A DNA stretch of 64,000 bases from contig NC_043010.1 of the NCBI RefSeq assembly GCF_006345805.1, positions 45,880,001 to 45,944,000 on the forward strand, given 5' to 3'. The notes under the pieces were generated by a model. It was not told the origin of the DNA, searched no databases, and was given only the letters and a program-made list of their open reading frames with translations. The stretch comes from Octopus sinensis (Eukaryota). Shown here piece after piece: positions 28,001 to 42,505 of this stretch. The position numbers and the translations under genes are program-made. Position 1 is the first letter of the stretch. Each line of letters opens with the position of its first letter.

Positions 28001-28793
28001 AGAATAACCTAGTGAGGATGGTCATGGCTGGAACATTGGTTAAACAGCAAAAATTTAACATAGAAATATACAGACCAGCACATTATTGGGAAAGCAAGCA
28101 TCCTTAATAACATGCAATATTTATGAGACTTGTACATGTCTTACAAAACAAGGGAGTTGTTATTGATGTATAGTCCTATTCTGTTCTTCATCAGTAGAAT
28201 TATTTGAAAGAATTAATGTTATTGTTAGGTATGTGGTGGCACAGGCAGGTTTAGAGATTATGTTTTTGGTAACAAGGGAGAAATACAAAAATAAAGGAAT
28301 TTCTAACATTGACACAAGGCCTGAAAATTTTGGGGAGTGGATTTTTTTTTTTTTTTTGTTGATTATTGTTTTACTTCAGTGCTTCCCTGTGCTTGAACCA
28401 ATGATAGCAACCTCTTTGTAGATTACCAGCTTGTTAAAAATAGCAGTCTAGCATTCCTCAAATCAAACTCTGCCATCTTAAAAAAGGAAGCACACACTGG
28501 ACATTATTGTCATTGATACACTATGTTTGCAAAAGACAAAAAAAAAAGAAAAAAAAAAAGAAAACAGGATGGGCAAGACTGGAAAGTTCTACTTGATCAG
28601 GGTTAATTAGAGCAGTGGTTCTCAACTAGGGTCCATATGGCCCTTGGGGTTCTATATAAGATTTTGTTATTAAAATTTGTCTGCAATAGGCATGGCACCT
28701 TGGGCAAGTGTCTTCTACTATAGCTTCGGGCTGACCAAAGCCTTGTGAGTGGATTTAGTAGACGGAAACTGAAAGAAGCCCATCGTATATATA

Positions 28794-28840
<47 letters not shown>

Positions 28841-29337
28841 GAAATGAAGAAAATGCTGACAAAATAATTTAAGTAAGGGAGAGTGTATTTAATTAGGTGA
28901 AAGTTCTTTTTACCAGTTGCGCATTTGTTATGCTTATCAAAAGATATTTTTTTAAGAGAGATAGAGTTCCTTTCTGATAGATTTTTTTCTCTTATATATA
29001 TATATAACCAAGTTAACTGCTCACAATCAACAAGGATCCATCACCAACATCAGCAGAGATTTCATCAGTCAAGTTGATGATTTCATGTACCTTGGTTCTG
29101 AGATGGCCTCAACTGAAAAGAATGTAAAAACTCTGACAACCAAAGCATGTTTAGCCCTAAACAAACTGGATGTTGGCTGGAAATCAACTTTGTCAGATGA
29201 TCTTAAGAGGAATTTTTTCCGTGCAACAGTAGAATCAATCTTTTTATATAGAGTAACAGCCTGAACACTTACCAGAAAACTGAGATCCACACTAAATCCA
29301 ACTTGTACCCAAATGTTAAGAGCAGTCTTAACAAGCA

Positions 29338-29375
<38 letters not shown>

Positions 29376-32300
29376 TAGCTCTGAGATTTGTCATTGTTAT
29401 ATATATATATATATATAGATAGACCCAGGAAGACATGGGATGAGGTGGTCAAGCATGACCTCAGAGCATTGGGCCTCACTGAGGCAATGGCGAAGGACCG
29501 AGATCTCTGGAGATATGCTGTGACTACAAAGACCCGGGCTGCTTTCTGCAGCAATTCCACATACCCCCTACCCATTCTAAGTACCCCGGATCCCCAAAGT
29601 ACCCTGGATCCCCAAAGTACCCTGATCCCCCAAAGTACCCCGGACCTCGTTGCCCCCGTGCCGCTGACACGTTAAAATGCTCGAACCGATCGTGACGATG
29701 CCGGACCCTCCGGCCCCTGTGCAGGTGGCACGTAAAAAGCACCCAATCCACTCACGGAGTGGTTGGCGTTAGGAAGGGCATCCAGCCGTAGAAACTCTGC
29801 CAGATTCAGACTGGAGCCTGGAGCGGCCCCTGGCTTCCCAGACCCGGTCGAACCGTCCAACCCGTGCTAGCGCGGAAAGCGGACGTTAAACGATGATGAT
29901 GATGATGATGATGATGATATATATATATATATATGATGGGCTTCTTTCAGTTTCCATCTACCAAATCCACTCAATGAGGCTGTTGTATAAAACACTTGCC
30001 CCAAGTGCCATGTAGTAGGACTGAACCTGGAATATATGGTTCAAAAACAAAATTTTTACCTATTTCTTTATTACCCACAAGGGGCTAAACATAGAGGGGA
30101 CAAACAAGGACAGACATAGGTATTAAGTCGATTACATCGACCCCAATGCGGAACTGGTACTTAATTTATCGACCCCGAAAGGATGAAAGGCAAAGTCAAC
30201 CTCGGCGGAATTTGAACTCACAACGTAACGACAGACGAAATACCACTAAGCATTTCATCCGGCGTGCTAACGTTTCTGCCAGCTTGCCGCCAAACTTTTT
30301 ACCACATAGCCATGCCTGCACCTATTAATTAACATTGATATTTAAAGATAGTAATATGATATATTCATTTATTTATTTTTCTTTTTACAGGTATTAATTA
30401 TAGCCAGTAGCTCAGAACTCAAAGAATTACCCATGATTGTAGGTCGGGTTAAAAATAGAGTAGCTTTCCTGAAATTGAACAGCTCCAACCCAGAGTTGGT
30501 AAGCAAATATTTTAAGGTAAGGGGCATTTTTCTTTTCCTTAAAAATGATATCCTTCTTTCTCTCACTCTCTAATATAAAATAGTTACTGAAATCTAAACA
30601 ATTTATTTTAAAATGTCTGTTCATTTTATATAAAATGAGCGTACATTTTAAAATTGTTTAAAATTCCGTTGTTCATTTGTTTAACATTTCTTTTTACATG
30701 TTTGCGTGGCTTAGATTAGGGTATTTGAGGCAGGATTTTTACAGCTGGGTACTCTTCCTGTTGCCAACCCTTACCTATTTTTCAAGTAAGGGATTTATTT
30801 CGTCCAGAGGAACTCAAATGTACTGAGCCAGTGGATGATTTGTTGACAGGAAATATCGACAAACCATCAGTTGCAGTTTGTAGCTTATCCACAGAAGAGT
30901 GGAAAATAAACAGCATTGCTTGTGTGATGGGGATGCTTGTTTGCAGCCATCGCATCATGTCAAGACAAGGATACATGCACACACACACACACACATGCAC
31001 ATACACACTTATACATAAACATATATATATATATATGCTTTCAGTCTCCATCTACCAGATCTAGTCATAAGGCTTTGATCGGCTTAAGACAATAATAGAA
31101 GACACCTACCCAGTGGTACTGAGCCTAAGACCACATAGTTGGGAAGCAAGCTTCAAGCTTCTTTACCACTCAGCCACACCTGCACCAACACACACACACA
31201 TCCATGACTTTCAGGTGTTTTAACACTCGATGCTTTGAGGGATCCATCTCCACCATGCTAAATTGCAGCCTGTAGGTGAACTAGCAAAGCACATACATTG
31301 AGTATGTGTGTTCAATAATAAACATACACACACACCCACACTCTCTCCCTCTCTCTCACACACACATACACGCACATATAAGATGGGCTTCAGGACTGTT
31401 TACTTTATTCACTTACAAAGCATTGATTGGCCTTGGGCTATAGTTAAAGATTCTGGCCCAAGGTGCTATACAGTGGGATTGAACCTGAAACCATGTTGTT
31501 GCAAAGCAGGTTTCTTAACCAAACACCATGCATTAGAGGTATTTTATGAAAAAAAAAAAACTTTTACATTTACTAAAAATTGGCATATTCTATAGCCATT
31601 CTTACACCATCAAGTTAAATAAAATAAATAAATGTGCCCTTTTTAAAGCCTAGCCAGGTTCATGGGCCCAGTTTCCCGGTTTCTATGACATATGTGTCCC
31701 CCAGCTGGACAGAATGCCAGTCCATCGCAGCGTTACTCATTTTTGCCAGCTGAGTGGACTGGAGCAACGTGAAATGAAGTGTTTTGCTCAAGAACACAAC
31801 GTGTCGCCTGGTCCAGGAATCGAAACCACAATCTTATGATCATGATGTTGACACCCTAACCACTAAGCCACGCGGCTCCACCATCAAGTTACAAAAAGAA
31901 AAACAAAAGCAATGGCATATGTGAAATATCACTGAAATGACACTTGTAATAGTAAACAGTGCTATATAGTAGAAATAAGTACATTACCTAGCAACACTAC
32001 CATCCATCTTGTGTTAATTGAACATCTGAAGATGTAAAATAAACATTAGAACAGGACTGATTCACCAAGTTTTACGTTCTTAAGAAAGCAGCTTTCTTTT
32101 CTTGGATTGTTGAATGTAATCGCTTCTGTTCCAGTCTCTTATTTGATCCCAACAATGGTCTGTCATCTTATCTATGTTCCACCAACCTGGGCATCTATTT
32201 TTCTGTACGTTTTATGTTTTAGTGGAAACGTTCTCCTACTTGTTCCTAGAAGAAAAATAAAAATGATAGCTTAAAGACAGATTTAGGGCCATTTTTGCCA

Positions 32301-35300
32301 CATAATCTATTTCTTCTGCATCAGTTTTGACATAGTTTAGAGAAATAAATTTCTCTCATTTATATCCTTTAAATATAATTAAAAAAAAGACCCTATACTG
32401 CTTGGAAGTTGCACCTATGCATTACTCCCGCATCCAGCACACCCTGGCAGAGCTCTATCAACACAACAATCCCTATCTCTCCACTTGCAGTTATCATTTC
32501 CACACTTACTTCTGATGGACCAACTGCCTTTCCTGTTTTCATTTCCTTCATTGCCCCCTCTACTTCTTCCTGACTAACTCTCTCCACTGGCCCCTTCACT
32601 ATAGCAGCTTTCACCCTCTGATCCCATTCATTCGCCTCATTCATAATTCCATCCATATGCTCTTTCCAAACTCTTCCCCTGTCCTTCTCACTAAAATTCA
32701 ACCTTCCTTTGCAAATAATAAATGGAAGCCCATCTTTCCCGAAACAAGTAACTTCTGTTGTTGAATATTTCATTTGATACATATCATCATTATGACCATT
32801 ATTACCGTCATCATCACCACCACCACCACCATTATCATGATCCCGATCATGATGATGATGATGATCATCATCATCATCATCATAACAATATGTTCCACCA
32901 TCCACAGTCACCACCATTAGCATTGACGTTATAATAATACATCCATCGTTACTTTCAATGGATCCTAGCATATATTTTATATTTATATATTTTCATATGC
33001 TTTGTCATTAGTATAACAAAGTCTGCAACACCATTAGCAAGAACACCTGTGACAATAACATTAACAGCAATTTTATAGTTAGTAACTAATATAAATAATA
33101 TCAATACTAAACAGACCAATGAATAAGATTATAATTGAACACCGAAGAATTCTTTCTGTTATACTAAAAAACAATCAATTATGGATCAGTAAAGTACTCA
33201 AGGGATATGCAGGGTCTTTTCTAATCACAAGTATCTGTTTGGGAGTGGTTTAGTTGTTTCATCTTTGATTTTCTCTTTCAGTAAGCTGAAGGGAAAAGTT
33301 GAGTTAATTACAAACCAAATATATAATGTTCCTCATGGCTGCATTTCAAAGTTATAGGCTGAGTAGATTAAGCTACTCAGATTTGAGTGGCTGCCACAGA
33401 CTCAATATAGCATCAGTAAGAAATGAGTCTTTTACTGCAGCTCTAAAACCTGTGATTAGGACTGCATGTTCTAAGTCCTGAAAGTTTGTACAGATGGCCC
33501 TGTCAGTCTAATACATATGATTTATTATGTGACACATAAAAAGCACCCTTTGAAATTTGGGCCTCATGGAGGCAGTGACCACGACCTTTGGCAATATGCC
33601 GTGCTTGAGAAGACCTGTCAAGCCAGGTGAGGTTGTAGTCATGGCTGATGCCAGTGTTATGTGCCATCGGCACGTAAAAAGCACCCACTACACTCTTGGA
33701 GTGGTTGGCATTAGGAAGGGCATCCAGCTGTAGAAACCATACCAAATCAGATTGGAACCTAGTGCAGCTCCCCAGCTTACCAGTTTTCAGTCAAACCATC
33801 CAATTCATGCCAGCATGGAAAACAGTCATTAAATAATGATGATGATGATGATGATGATGATGAATCCTTCCTGGAAATAATTTTTGTCTAAACATCCTAT
33901 GCCAGAATTAATTGTTGTAAGATGATGATAGCTCGGTATTAGAGTATTGATCTAAACCTTTTGTTTGATAAGTTGGTACAATAATCGGATGAGAAAGTTT
34001 AGAATACGTGGATTGGGATTTTCGAGTGCACAAATCTTTGTGTTTACAGATTTATGACTTGTTGCCTTATGCTTCTTAATTAATTTCTTGTTTTATTCAC
34101 ATTTTTTGGGGGGAACTGTAAATGTGATTGATTTAATTCGTCTATATAGTCATCAACACTATCACCATGAAGGAAGCATTCAGCAAAGAAGAAACTAAAA
34201 TACGAGATAAAGCCTCTGCTGCCAATATTTGTCAGAGTAATCTGAATGTGAAAGGGTTAAAATAATTTCCTTTTGTTTCTAACTTGAAACCCATACCTAC
34301 AATTTGCTACGTATTGTTATTCGTCCCTTGACAGTTATGTAATAATTTATATAAGCAGCATTTTGTTATATAATGATTGCTGTAATAATTCCAAAGTCCC
34401 AGAACCACTTCCTTAAATGAATGCTGAATACTGAAAATTGGGTGTGAAAGAAATTTTATAAAAAAATGACAAAAACCACTTGGTAGTGTGGTAAGAAGTT
34501 TGCTTCCCATCCTCATGGTTTGGGGTTCAGTCCCACTGTGTGGCACCTTGGGCAAGTGTCTTCTACCATAGCCTTGGGCCAACCAAAGCCTTGTAAGTGG
34601 ATTTCCTAGACAAAAACTGAAAGAAGCATATCAGATATATACATGTATGTGCATGTGTGTCTTTGTGTCTGTATTTGTCCCCCACCAATGCTTGACAACC
34701 AGTGCTGGTCTATTTATGTCCCTGTAACTTTGTGGTTTGGCAAAATAGACTGATAGAATAAATACAAGGCTTAAAAAAGGAAGTACTTCAGTTAATTCAT
34801 TTGACTAAAATTTCTCCAAGATGGCACCTCAGCATGGCTGGAGTCTGATGATTGAAACAAGTAAAAGATAAAAAGATAAAAGCTCAAATCAGTGCATCAC
34901 TCATATCCATTCCTTAACAAATCTGGCATTTGTTTCTTCTTTGCAAAGCTTCTTTGAAAGGAAAGAATAAAAAGTCAAAAGATTAGTTACTTAAATTCTA
35001 AATAGATATGTCTTTGGTAGTTTTGTCTTTGAAATATTTCTATTTGTTTTTTGTTGTGTTTGTTTTTTTTTAATAATCTTTTTTTTGTTGTTTTGGTTCC
35101 AGGAGCTGTCAGATGAGTTACTGTTACTAAACAAGATCTGTATGAGACACCATGATAATCTTGCTGGACAGCAGCAGCTTCAAGACCTCCTTGCCAACTG
35201 CTTACATACAATTAGAATGACTCTTCCTACTTTACAAGAAGCCCTGACAGTTTGTATTGCCGAACCAAATAACAAGTCAGCCGAGGTAGTTTGCACCTTC

Positions 35301-38300
35301 ATCATATCCTCTTTTCTTATTCTTAAATTCTAATGAAGTGGTTCTCATTTTTTGCCTATGGACTCCTTTGATTCTTATTTCACTCTACTGGACATCCATA
35401 GCCATTCACTGTATAAAAAAATCTTGCTGCATTTTTATAATTAAACTAGCAATATTGCCCGGCATTGCTTGGGTTTGTTTCAACCCTTTAGAATTGGAAT
35501 TTTTGAAAAGTAAAAATTTTGCATTATGTAGCTTGTTATTCTCTTTAAGTGAACATTTTTCTGGTTGAAATTCACCGTAAAATGGCAACACAGCAGTAAA
35601 AAAAGCGCAAAAAATAGGGATTTTCATAGAAAAAAAGCACCTTTTTTATGTAAATAATTTTTGGTGTTAACATGGTCCGATTTGAATTTTTTCTTCTACG
35701 GAATGAAGAGCAAGCCTTCTTCTATCATACTTTCAATTTTGGTCAACTTGCACCACAGGGTCTCAGAGGAGATAGTGTTAGTTGAAGGCTACCAAACCTG
35801 CCACAGACAACTTCAACTTTATATATATAGAGATATTATTAGGAATTATATAAAGAATTAAAATATTTTCTGTATTGTTGAAGTATAATCAGTTTATTGC
35901 AGATAAACCTTAACAATAAAATCTTATACGGACCCCCAAGGGCCATTTGGACCTGGTTGAGAACCACTGTTCTAATGCTTTCTCGAATTAAGTCAGAGCC
36001 TTTATTTTCAGTTTAGCATCAACATATGTCCTAAACAGATTGCCAAAATATTTAGCTATGCTGACACAAGAGGGCACATGATTCAGCTGTGGTGTGGCTA
36101 TTGACACTAAATAAGATTGGAAAAACATTCTGTGATTGCTGATTCTGAGTTCTTGTTGTTTGAGATGCAGCTAAGAAACAGACCAGCCAATAATATATAA
36201 TATGTTCATATATACTTACATATCAAATATATATATTTCTTTACTACCCACAAGGGGCTAAACACAGTGGGGACAAAAAAGGACAGACAAACGGATTAAG
36301 TCGATTACATCAACCCCAGTGTGTAACTGGTACTTAATTTATCGACCCCAAAAGGATGAAAGGCAAAGTTGACCTCGGCGGAATTTGAACCCAGAATGTA
36401 ACGGTAGACGAAATACGGCTACGCATTTCGCCCGGCGTGCTAACGTTTCTGCCAGCTCACCGCCTTGTACATATCAAATATATATCCAACATGAATATAT
36501 TAATTCCATTTTATCATTTGTCTACCATGTAAAGGATTTCTGAAATTCATCTCCAAGCTTGTTTATCTTTGCAACAGCAACTCTTCTAAACAGAATATTA
36601 ATATATTGGTCAATACTGCACATATATGCATAGCTGTGTGATTAAGAAGTCTGCATTGCAACCACTTAGTCTCTGGTTCAGTCAACTTCACTCCTGGACA
36701 TCTTTTCCTTTTAAGGTGGAAAACTGGCAGAATCGTTAGCACACCAGGCAAAATGGTTAGCAGCATTTCTTCTGTCTTTACATTCTGAATTCAAATTCCA
36801 TCAAGGTTTAATTTGCCTTTCAAACTTTCAGGGTCGATAAAATAAGTGCTAGTTAAACACAGGGATCAATATAATCAACTTACTCCTCCCCCAAACCAGC
36901 TGGCATTGTGCCAAAATTTGAAATCAGTATATTGGGCAATGCAAAAATAAGGCATGTACCTTTAGCATTACCATAACTGATGACACAAATGCATTTGAAC
37001 TAGTGGGTTGTCCAGAAAGTTTGTGCTAATTTATAGTAAATTACCTTTCGACTTATTTTAGAACATGGTTGAATCCATAAAATAGGATTTGACTACACCT
37101 CCATTTAGAGCACAGTTTAAGCTATCTTTTCGTGGAAGAAGGTTTATGTTCCTGTTACCTGCGTTAATTCTGTAACCCTTTAAAATGGAAGATAAGAAAG
37201 TTCATTTTCGGCACTTGATGCTTTGGAAACAAGACAAAAACTGCTGCAGCTCGGCTGGGATGTATTACCCAACCCTCCATATCCACCAGCTATTGCTCCT
37301 TCGGATTTCCACTTATTCAGGTCTCTTAATGGTAAAAATTTCAATTCCTTGGATGACATAAAAAGATACCTTGATGAATTCTTTGCCATGAAACCACCTC
37401 AGTTCTGGGAAGAAGGTATTTTCAAGTTAAAGAAAAGATGGAGACACATTGTGCAACAAAATGGTTCATATTTGGTTGATTAAAAATCTAATGGCAAGGA
37501 TTTATTGATCTTTTTCTTTCCTTTAAAAATTGGCATGAACTTTTCGGACAACCCAATAGTTATACAGGGACTGCTTCTGAAGTAATGGCTTGTTAGTAAC
37601 CAGTGCTGTAGTTCAAAAGCATTTTCACAGTGAGACTAAAAATTGTTTATGTATATTTATATTTACTGAACTTGGTTTAACCAACTAATTTTGTTCTTAT
37701 CTTATAAATATAGGCTAACCGAGATTTCTTGATCTATCAAATCCTTAATACCATTACTTTAATTAGCGATACTGTTTTGAACAAGCTGCCATTGGACTTA
37801 ACAGAAAGCAATGAATCTGGACAATTTATCAGTCTTCTAGGAAAGGTAACTATTGTTTATTTATTCTATAATTATTTCTCTTCCTATTGAAAGGTACAGA
37901 GGTTTTAACATATCAATTTAAATTGCAGGGTATCATGGGCTACATTTTACAGTTTGCATAAAAGCTAAAGAAAACACAATGTCCTCTCTAACAATAAGAG
38001 TATTTAAAAAAATCAAAAATACCAACTAGATTATGGCTGAGAGATAACAGTTTGCTCAAAGTAGCCTAAGCCTAGCTTCCACTACCTGGCAGATGCATTT
38101 CTCATTGTGTCCCTTGGAAGATCTTTGAACACCCTTCCTGATCTTGGCTATCAGTTCGACCTTAAAGTTGCAGGTAGAGCAGTTAGTATCTTTCTCAGTT
38201 ACACCCCACATACAGTGATCCATGGGATCAAAATCAGGAAATTGGGAGGCCAGAAACTGAGGGTGGTGAAGTCATAGGAATTCTTCAACAACCACTTCTG

Positions 38301-41300
38301 ACTCTTTTTGGAGATATGGCCAGGAACTGAATCCTGTTTCCACATATATGATCTTCTGGCAGTAACCCTCTCCAGCCAGGGTTTGACCACAGTTTCCAGC
38401 AGCTTCTTTTGGCCAGTTGAAGTCCCCGTTTGAAGATGTGAGGCAGCATGACTTTATGCTCACTGGAGAGACACTCAAAGGTCACCACATTTTGTGGAAG
38501 CTTGGTTTTCATGATGTCCATGTCACATCTTACAACCTTTACAGTGTTTACAGAACATTAAGCAGCAGTCGTGATGTCAGCTTTTTGATACAGGTAAATT
38601 CATCATGATACCAGTAATTTTTTTCCAATATTCACATGGCTCCCAGTCCTCCATGTCAGCTAACTTTTTCTCTTCTCACCTTCAATTTTAATCTTTATGC
38701 TCTCCAACACCATTGACTGTTCATCAAGCTGTCCCTGAAAAAGGTGACAGAAAAATTGTTAAATTTAACTGAAGCACTGTTAGCTTGCATAAAATACAAG
38801 GAACAGCTCGAAGGAAGTTTCCTTTAAATTTTTACATAAAATTAATTGATTTCTCAAATACTTTAGAAAGTAATAGTGGAATTTTAATTTATGTTAGTGC
38901 TTGATGCTTGAAAGTTTGCAGCTGTTATCTTTTGAAAACTCTGTGAAATGTAATGCTTACTCACATTGTTATGAATTAATCATGCATTATCCTATAGCTT
39001 CAAAATTTCAAGAATGTAATTGTTTATGTTTAGAATGACATTGTAGGGTAGGTTTGTGAGGCCAAATCTGATCACTTTGACCATGAAATAGGTAGAATAT
39101 TTGGGTTGGATTTGGTTGGTTTTAACGCTAAAGGGTTAATACAGTAAATTGTCTTCATTTCGTTTATCATTACAAGAAATTTATTATAAAATGCTAAACT
39201 AGTATTATATGTAATTTTAAATATTATTTCAGTGTACTAGATTATGATAAAATACCATTCAATTTTATAATAATGATAATAATGATGCCTGTGTATGAAT
39301 AGCCATGCTACATAGCAATGAAACATGGGCTATGACCACCAAGGGCATGTGAAGGCTTGAAAGAAATGCGGCTAGTATGCTTTGCTGGATGTGAAATGTC
39401 AGTGTGCATGCATGACAGAGTGTAAGTGTAATACAGTTCTATATTTAAGAGATGAGGAATTATGTGCATTATTTACATTATTTACATTCAATGGATATTT
39501 GTCCTCATCTTGTTTGTTGTTAACACAACGTTTTGGCTGATATACCCTTCAGCCTTCTTCAGGTGTCTTGGGGAAATTTCGAACCTGGGTTCTCATTCCT
39601 ATGGTATTTTCGGTGTTTCTGTGCATTTTCATGTGTGTATAATTACAGTATGTATGTTTCATCATCATCATCATTCATCAACAATAACAACATTTAACGT
39701 CTGTTTTTCCATACTGGTATGGGTTGGATGGCTTAACAAGAACTGGCAAGGCTGGGGGCTGCACTAGGTTCTGTAGTCTGTTTTGGTCTGGTTTGTATGG
39801 CTGGATGCCCTTCCTAACATCAACTACTTCAGTGTACTGGGGAATTTTTACATTGCACCATCACCAGTCCTTTTTATTTGGCATCAGCACTAGTGCTTCT
39901 ACATGGCACCAGCACCCACACCAATGCTTTCTATGTGGCACCTTGGTTTTAGGATATCAATTCTCTTGTGGTGGGCAAGTCTTCTTTATACATTAGTATG
40001 TATGTATGCATGCATGCTTGCATACATAGAATCCATCACTGGAACTGTAAAAATCTGTAAAACTTTCCAGAAATTTATCATTTAAATATATACGAGCATG
40101 TCTAGATATGTAACTATATGCATGGGAATACATACATAAAACATACAAATCTGCATGTATGTATGTACATACATACATACATACATACATACATACATAC
40201 ATACATACAATCAAAAATACCTCGTTGTTGATGTTGAAATTCCAATGATGGAACCTTGGATCTGGGTTAGAAAATGGTTCTTTCTCTATTGGCAAGAAAT
40301 CTTGAAATAAACTGAATAATGACATACATACATATGCACACATATACATATATATGTACGTATGTATGTATGCTTGCATTGTACTATATTGTATTTGTAT
40401 GTGTATATTTCAGGCCAAAGCAGCTTTAACTGAAGAAAACTGGACCAGCCTTGATCAACATTTTGAAACATGGATCTACCTGTTAATCAAACATGCAATG
40501 TTTGTGGCTCATCTCATTGTTGAAGAACGTAGAAGTCCACTGATTAATATTTGCCTTAAGGTAATAACAATTTTATTTTTACCTGTGGTTGCTGCTATTG
40601 TTGGTAAAATGTCAAAATCTGAACTATTTTAGCCTGCATGTTGTTAGCATTTCATTCCTTCATGCATAGGGTTTGTCCATGGACAAATTGAACTCAACAC
40701 TGAAAAAAAAAAATCAACAAAATCAGAGAGGTTCTATATTATCTTTGGTGCCCATTTTCCATAGAACTAAGAATTGGTTTTTTAGTTGTTTGTTCTTTAT
40801 ACTTTGTTTCTTAATGTTGACTGAATTCAAAGTTATGAAGTTTAACCATTTAGTATTCAGCTTTCTCTGTCAAATGTAATGCTTGTTTATTCACATTGTT
40901 TTGAATGAATCATGTATTATATTGTAGCTTTGGGACTTTGATGATGAGTTTGTTTACTTTTAGAATGGCAATATAGGGTTGGTGTAAAAGGTTGGATCTG
41001 GCTGGTTTGAACTCAAAACAGGTAGAATATTTGGGCCAGACATGGCTTGTTTGAATGCTGAAGGGTTAAATGTGACTCCTGTTGTTTTTGTTACCAGGTT
41101 TGTTTAATAAGTGCCTTGTTAAGCCAAACCATTTCACAGACTGGGATGTTCTTAAACTCAGAATTTCAAATATGGCCCTAATTTTTCATCACTTTTTGGA
41201 AATATATGTTATCAGTAGCATAGCATGGGTTTTAACTACCCTGTATGCCAGCAAATTTGACTGCCCTCTTTCCTAACTACAACATATTTTTCACTACAGC

Positions 41301-42473
41301 AAACACAAATATATAAATGGTCACACTATGAAGTCCACACGCTCCAAGCTACACCAGTTTACTTTGTCTAAATCATAAACTACACCTAAAGTTTTACTAT
41401 AGAGATTGGAACAAGACGGATAAGTACACTGATGAATCCATGCATCTATTACAGATTGCATGGTGGAGCTTCTCAAATTAGCTACTATAAATGTTGGGGT
41501 TTTTTTTCCAGTTACTAAACTGTAGCATGAAATTGTGCTAGTCTAGCTTCACAAGTACCTCACTTATTTAGCTGTCACTTAGCTTTATCCAGAGAGGCTA
41601 TTTTAGATATATCCACCATAATTAGATACCATACTTATAAATTATAAATTATAAATTAATGGCTGAGATTTTAATGTGAATCATTAGATATTATAAGTAC
41701 ATTAGAAAGAATGGATAAAGATATCCTTGAATGAAAAGTATCTAAAGTTTTTCTCTCTACACTCTGAAGTAGACTTTATCATTTGTTCCCTTAGAAGAAT
41801 CAGTAAGATAAGGGTCTTTAATATGCCTTGGTTGAAGCAGCTGAATATTGGTGGGCAGCAAGCTGGCAGAATCATTAGCAGATTGGATAAAATGCTTCGC
41901 AGCATTTATGAGTTGGTCAGGCAAAAATATGTAATGCCCGTAAACTTTACAGATCCTTCAATCACTGCTGAGATTAATATGGCTGATATTTAGCCTGAAA
42001 ATCTGCTGGAAATATGTGAGAGAATCTGGGAGTTTGGTCAGTATGCTTGGATCAGAGTTAACTCTGCTAAAGGCAGCCAACAACTAGGTGGTGATGTTAA
42101 ACCTGCTATTCAGTGTATGTAGCCTTATCTACATTTATCATGTCATTTTCCTTATTCCTTTTTGATATTTCTAAAATAAAGCATCAAAATTACATTTCAA
42201 ATATATTTCATTTTATTTACACTTGTGCTTTTTTTCTTCAATTTTGCCTTTTCTTTTCTATAGCTTCTAGAAGCTAAAAACAGCTTGTATGAATTCCAAG
42301 ATTCAGTCACTGCAGAAACTCAAGATTTATACTGCGAGTAAGCATACTTCAGTTCTGTTTTTTGCTACATTTCAATTACATTCTCATAGTGACAAGCACA
42401 TGCATACACATACTTGCACTACGTATAAATGAAGGTACATGTATCTATATAAACACTCATCATCATCATCATT

Positions 42474-42505
<32 letters not shown>

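Noticed and set aside
41727-41993. 88-aa non-repetitive-looking ORF in intron 7
   Set aside because: Starts at GTG, runs through a decayed family A SINE head, has no matching splice sites and no recognisable motif.
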